This document shows, piece after piece, positions 58,309 through 64,000 of a stretch of 64,000 nt of DNA. Source of the DNA: the human T2T-CHM13v2.0 reference genome, Homo sapiens. Each line of letters opens with the position of its first letter. Position 1 is the stretch's first letter. A program made the position numbers and the translations under genes. The notes under the pieces are model-generated. The model was not told the origin of the DNA. It saw nothing but the letters and a program-made list of their open reading frames with translations, and made no database searches. The stretch lies in assembly GCF_009914755.1 (NCBI RefSeq), contig NC_060925.1. One strand, written 5' to 3'.

Positions 58309-58854
58309 CTAAAATATAGAGGAAGATAAAAATAAAACCAAGACAAAACAAAAGCAAAGAAAGTACAGATTGTAAAGCCAAAGAGAAAAAAAGAACAATG
58401 TGAATTCAAAAAATAAACACATGATCGAGATAAGGTTAAACATATCTAATTCAAATAATTTCAAGTGGGATAGAATAAGCTATTAAAAAGCTTGGAACAA
58501 AGCTTTTTAATACATGGAACAAAGAAAGTCACTTTGTAATGGCAAATGACACAGCTCACAATAAATAAATTATTAGTATAAATGCTTATGTATCAAATAA
58601 CAGCATTAAAATACATAAAGCAAAACTTCAAGAAATAAGAAAACAACAAGATAAATGTTAGGAGGCTTTAACAAATTTCTTTTTATTCTTGAATAATCAA
58701 GAAAAATTAGATATTATATGGAAGATGTGAATAACAATTATCGAAAAGATTGATGCAATAATATCTGTTATGTAATAGAAGCTCAACAAATTTTTATTTA
58801 TTATTTAACCTGAGAGCCTGCAAAGAAAAAATACTCATATTTTAGGTACTCACA

Positions 58855-59274
58855 CGATATGGTTTGGATGTGTTTCCCTGCCCAAATCTCATGTTGAATT
58901 ATAATCCTCAATGTTGGAAGTGGGGCCTGGTGATAGGTGATTGAATCATGGGAGTGGATTTCTCTTTAATAGTTTTACATCATCCCCTTGGTACTGTCCT
59001 CACAATAGTGAATGAGTCCTGGTGAGATCTAGCTGTTTAAAAGTGTGGCACCCACTCTCTCTTGCTTCTGCTCTGGCGATGTGAGGTGCCTGCTGCTCCT
59101 TCGCCTTCTGCTGTGATTTTACTTCCAGAGGCATCCCCAGAAGCCAAGCAGATGACAGCATCATGCTTTGCTTCCAAAAAGCCTGCAGAACCATGGGCCA
59201 ATTAAACCTCTTTCCTTTATAAATTACTCAGTCTCAGGTATTTCTTTACAGCAATGAAAGAATGGATTAATACC
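58855..59274 (+). mobile_element. MSTA/B solo LTR
   Basis: GATATGGTTTGGATGTG...CCAATTAAACCTCTTT. Confidence 0.87.
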
Positions 59275-59538
59275 TCATGTAACATTTACAAAAAGAAGTC
59301 ACAAGCACAGGATAAAAATTTAGACAATATATATCATTTAACAGGGATTATTTTAGGAATGGGTTTATTGGGAATTTTCACTTTCTATTTTAAGTTTCTG
59401 ATTGCTTTAATTTTTTTTATCATACAGTGTATTTTCACAATAAATAAAAATAATCTTTAAATAATGTTATACCCCCTTTTCTCTTTAGAATTTCCCTCAA
59501 TATTACTAAATCATTCCATTTGCTTTCTTTCTTTTCTT

Positions 59539-59832
59539 TTTTTATTTTTTTGAGTTGGAGTCTCGCTCTGTCACCCAGGCTGGAGTGCAATGGCATGATC
59601 CCAGCTCACTGTAACCTCTACCTCCTGGGTTCAAGTAATTCTCCTGCCTCAGCCTCCTGAGTAGCTGGGATTACAGGTGCCTGCCACCACGCCCGGCTAA
59701 TTTTTGTATTTTAGTAGAGACAGGGTTTCACCACATTGGCCAGGCTGTTCTCGAACTCCTGGCCTCAAGTGATCTGCCTGCCTCAGTCTCCTAAAGTGCT
59801 GGGATTACAGGCATGAGCCACTGCGCCTGGCC
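59539..59832 (-). mobile_element. AluSx/Sz-like
   Basis: TSD TCTTTCTTTTCTT. Confidence 0.95.
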
Positions 59833-60639
59833 TCTTTCTTTTCTTATAGGAAGAAACTATGCCACTTTTCTTCCAAAGATCAACAATCAATAGTTCCTTC
59901 TTCTCTAGGAAAATATTACATCAGTTACACCCTCTGTTCTGAATTTTCACATTTCTGCATCTAGTGGCTTCTTCACTTCACTGTACAAACACAGTTGTCT
60001 GCTATCCCCAATCTTAGAGCATCCTTCCACATTAAGGACCAAACCTTCTCCTGCCCTTCTTTGCCAAAATTCCCCATTTGCCAAATTTCTCAAAATTTCT
60101 CCATTTCCAGAATTTTAAGTCTACCTCAGTCTGTGTTCTAGAATATACTTTATTGAATCATCATTGTTTCTGGGCCTTTGTGCTTAGAGTAATTACCAGC
60201 TTGCCCCAATCCTCAACTGCATCAAAAGGGCTAAGTCCATCAAAAAGGTCAAGAGCAGAGGTAGAGAGGACTACTCACTCTGAACAAGTCAGCCTGCTCC
60301 TGACAGGAGTGATGAATAAGCGTTGGCCTAGGAACTGAGTCCTCCTCTCCCCAGGCCTTCAACATTCCATCAACGTGGATCAAGAGTCCACCTGATTCTC
60401 AGCTCCATCCAGAGTCAGGGAACTCAAACATTCATCAATACCCCCCACACTCACAACCTCTTCACCATTTTATTTCTTGCCTTCTCTGGGACTGATTTCA
60501 TTATACCCTTTATCCCTGTTTATGTGAGTCACCACAAGAAGTCCTAGACTACTAGGTCATCCCCCAAGTCCCATTCCTATAAGGCCCTGAACATACTTTA
60601 ATGTATCTCCATCTTCCGTCCCTCCCAAACCCCTGAAAC

Positions 60640-61370
60640 TCTTCCAATATGCCCTATAGAATTCTTGATTTCTTTTCCACATCCACACCATCACTTTTCG
60701 TTGCTACCACTCTAGTTCAAGCCACTAATATTTCTTGCCTGGATTACTACAATAGCATCTTGCCTAGTCTGCTTCCACCATTGCCTGTTAAGATTTATCC
60801 TTGATAGAGCAGCCAGAATAATCCTTTAAACCTATGCCTGACCATGTCACTCTTCCGCTCTGAACTCTCCAACAGCTGCCCATTTCATTCAGAGTGAAAG
60901 CTGAAATTTCTTGCAATGCCCACAAGCCCTACATTATTTGTTTCCAGCCCCGGGGTTTTCCTGTCCTCCTTCTACTTGACCCCTGCCCATATCCAACCAC
61001 ACTGGCATCCTTGCTATTTCTTTTCTCAGAAATCCACAAGGCCATTCTCTTACCAACTCCAGATCTTTCCTTGATTATCACCTTCTCAATGAAGTTTACC
61101 CTGATCATTATATTTAACATTTCAACCCACACCCTCTCCTGCACTCCCAACTGCCTTTATCCTCCTTTTATTTTTCACAGCATTTATAACTTTCTAATAG
61201 AGAATTTACTTATTTTGTTTATGTTTATTATTTATCATCTGCCTCTCCCACATTACAATATTAACTCCAAAAGGGCAATAAACTTTTTCTGTTTCATATA
61301 TTGATGTATCTCAAGTACCCAGAATGAGTAGGGACTCCAGAGATGTTTATTGACTGAAGGAATAAATAGC
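60640..61370 (+). mobile_element. L2 3' region
   Basis: CTTGCCTGGATTACTACAATAGC motif; ends TTTATTGACTGAAGGAATAAAT. Confidence 0.72.
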
Positions 61371-61553
61371 TCTCCATCTTGTCAATCTTAATGATCCCTT
61401 TTCATAACAAATATGAAACAATATGCTTTTTACCATTGTGAAGTAGAAGCCATAAGCTACCTACCTATGTAATTTTCTAAAATTAAAGCAATACCTTAAC
61501 TATAATATAAAGTACAAAATAAAGTAATTTACCATAAAATATTGCATGATCCA

Positions 61554-61866
61554 CCAGGCGCGGTGGCTCACACCTGTAATCCCAGCACTTTGGGAGGCCA
61601 AGGCAGGTGATTTGCCTGAGGTCAGGAGTTCAAGACCAGCCTGGCCAACATGGTGAAACCCCGTCTCTACTCAAAATACAAAAATTAGGTGGGCGTGGTG
61701 GCAGGCACCCATAATCCCAGCTACTCGGGAGGCTGAGGCAGGAGAACTGCTGAACTCAGGAGGCAGAGGTTGCAGTGAGCTGAGATAGCGTTATTGCACT
61801 CCAGCCTGGATGACAAGAGTGAGACTTCGTCTCAAAAAAAAAAAAAAAAATAATAATAATAATAAA
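61554..61866 (+). mobile_element. AluSx-like with an (AAT)n tail
   Basis: TSD TGCATGATCCA. Confidence 0.94.
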
Positions 61867-62277
61867 ACTGCATGATCCAACATGCAACTGCTCAAGCATC
61901 CCTAAGCTAAAAGACACAATAAAGTAGTCAGATACTTGTTCCATATGCAGAATCACCATGAAAGAGACAGCCACAAAATGAACTGTATTGGTGATTCAAA
62001 TTCCATAAATGATATTGCCATCCAATTTACAACATTCCAGGAAAATTTGATATAACTTAAAACTGTGTGGAAAACAATTTATGTTTATATATAAAATAGA
62101 TTCTAGGCTCAGATAATTATAAACAGATTTTTCACCTACATAAATGAGCTGAGCAGTGGGACAACTAAGTCACACAGGATGCAGGACAATTCTTCGCTCT
62201 GCGTGACTGTCCTGGTCAATGGAAGATGTCTAGAATCTTTGACCCCACCAACTATATTCCAGTAGTGCCCCACTCCC

Positions 62278-62628
62278 TCATATGGTTTGGCTCTGTGTCT
62301 CCAACCAAATCTCATCTCAAATTGTAATCTCCATGTGTCAAGGGAGGCAGGTGATTGGATCATGCAGGCAGTTTCCCCCAGGCTCTTCTCATGATAGTGA
62401 GTGAGTTCTCATGAGATCTTATGGTTTTATAACTTTGGAAGTTCCTCCTTCACAGCACTTCTCTCTTTCCTGCCATGTTGTGAAGAGAGTGCCTGCTTCC
62501 CCTACCTCCATGATTGTAAGTTTCCTGAGGCCTCCCCAGCCATGTGGAACTGTGAGTCGATTAAACCTTTTTATAAATTACTCAGTCTTGGGTATTTCTT
62601 TATAGCAGTGTGAAAACGCACTAATACA
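62278..62628 (+). mobile_element. THE1 (THE1D-like) solo LTR
   Basis: ATATGGTTTGGCTCTGTGTC...CTAATACA; perfect TSD CTCCC. Confidence 0.88.
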
Positions 62629-63076
62629 CTCCCCAATCACTGGGACAAGCAAAATCACTCTGGTAAATTTCAAAAAAAAAACCCTGGAAGCAGTTCAATC
62701 CCAGTAGTTTCTTGATCTATAAATCCAGAGGCCTCTTTTCTGTTGTCATTGGCTACCTCTCTAGAGCATTTGACCTGTTAAGAAGCTGCTCCTCATCTCT
62801 CCATCCTCCCTTGCACCCCATGTTACTACACCCCTGCAGCTTTCCTTTCCTCCTTAACCAATTCCTGCCTGGTATTATTATCTGACTTCCCACCTCCCCA
62901 TGCCCATGCCTGCTGTCCTCCCTTTTTCCTCTTCACATGCTCTTCAACTTCCTCTCCTAAGTAATTGACTCTCAAAGTCCCATTTCTACATGAAAAATAC
63001 AAATCCACATTTCCAACTTCCACTTGGTCATTCACACAGATAAACCCTTAAGTTATGCATGTCCAAAATCAAACTG

Positions 63077-64000
63077 CAGGCCCCTCGGGAACATTGTGGG
63101 CTCAGTTCTAGACCACTGCAATAAAGCAAGTCACACACATTTTTTTGTTTCCCAGTGCATATAAATGTTTACACTATATTGTAGTATATTCAGTATGCAA
63201 TGGCATTATATCTTTTAAAAAGTGCATATCTTAATTTAAAAATACTTTATTGCTTAAAAAATGCTAACGATCTTAAAGCCTTTAGCAAGTTGTAATCTGT
63301 TTGCTGGTGGAGGGTCTTGCTTCAATGTTGATGGCTGGTAACTCATTAGGGTAGACGGTTGCTGATGGTTGGCGTGGCTGTGGCAATTTCTTAAGATAAC
63401 AGTAAAGTTTGCCACATCAATTGACTCTTCCCTTAATGAAAGATTTCCCTGTAGCATGTGATGCTACTGAACAGCATTTTAACCACAGTAAAACTTCTTT
63501 CAGAATTGCAGTCAATCCTCTAAAACCCTGATGCTGCTTTATCAGCTATGTTTATGAAATATTCTAAATTCTCTGTTGTCACTTGAACAATGTTCATAGC
63601 ATACTCACCAGGAATAGTTTCCATCTCAAGAAACCACTTTATTTGCTCAATCATAAGAAGCACCTCCTCATCCATTCAAGTTTGATCATGAGATTGCAGC
63701 AATTCAGTCATATCTTCATGCACCACTTCCAATTCTATTTCTCTTGTTATTTCTATCACATCTGCAGGGACTTCATCCACTGAAGTCTTGAACCCCTCAA
63801 AGTTATCCATGAGGCTTGGAATCAGCTTCTTCCAAACTCATGTTAATGTTATATTTTGACCTCCTCTCATGAATTATGAACGTTCTTAATGGCATATAAG
63901 ATGATGAATCCTTTCCAGAAGGCTTTCAATTATGATGCCCAGCTCCATCAGAGGGATCATTATCTATGGATGCTATAGACTTATAAAAAGGATTTCTTAA
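63077..64000 (-). mobile_element. Tigger1 DNA transposon 3' part (decayed transposase), continues beyond the window end
   Basis: TIR-like CAGGC...GTTCTAGACCACTGCAATAAAGC and the remnant QPSTLKQDPPPANRLQLA. Confidence 0.87.

Overview
Primate, almost certainly human, genomic DNA. The window holds the 3' end of PRKACB (PKA catalytic subunit beta): the end of the last intron, the terminal coding exon at 3646-3771 and a ~3.2 kb 3'UTR. About 57 kb of repeat-dense downstream DNA follows. The last intron carries a young L1PA element on the minus strand with a complete 5' end, an intact ORF1 and YY1 site, and a frameshifted ORF2. Its antisense promoter points at the PRKACB terminal exon ~240 bp away. 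Downstream are three L1-mobilised copies of cellular RNAs, each with a target-site duplication (TSD): a NEDD8 processed pseudogene, a tailless 34-nt U6 snRNA 5' fragment, and a full-length SNORA2B-like H/ACA snoRNA retrocopy with both boxes intact. The rest is Alu, old L1/HAL1, L2, MIR, MaLR/ERV LTRs (including a MER11 solo LTR) and DNA transposons. I found no convincing new protein-coding system; nearly all short ORFs in the track are repeat-derived or chance. Repeat subfamily names and consensus comparisons are from memory, and boundaries of old repeats are approximate.
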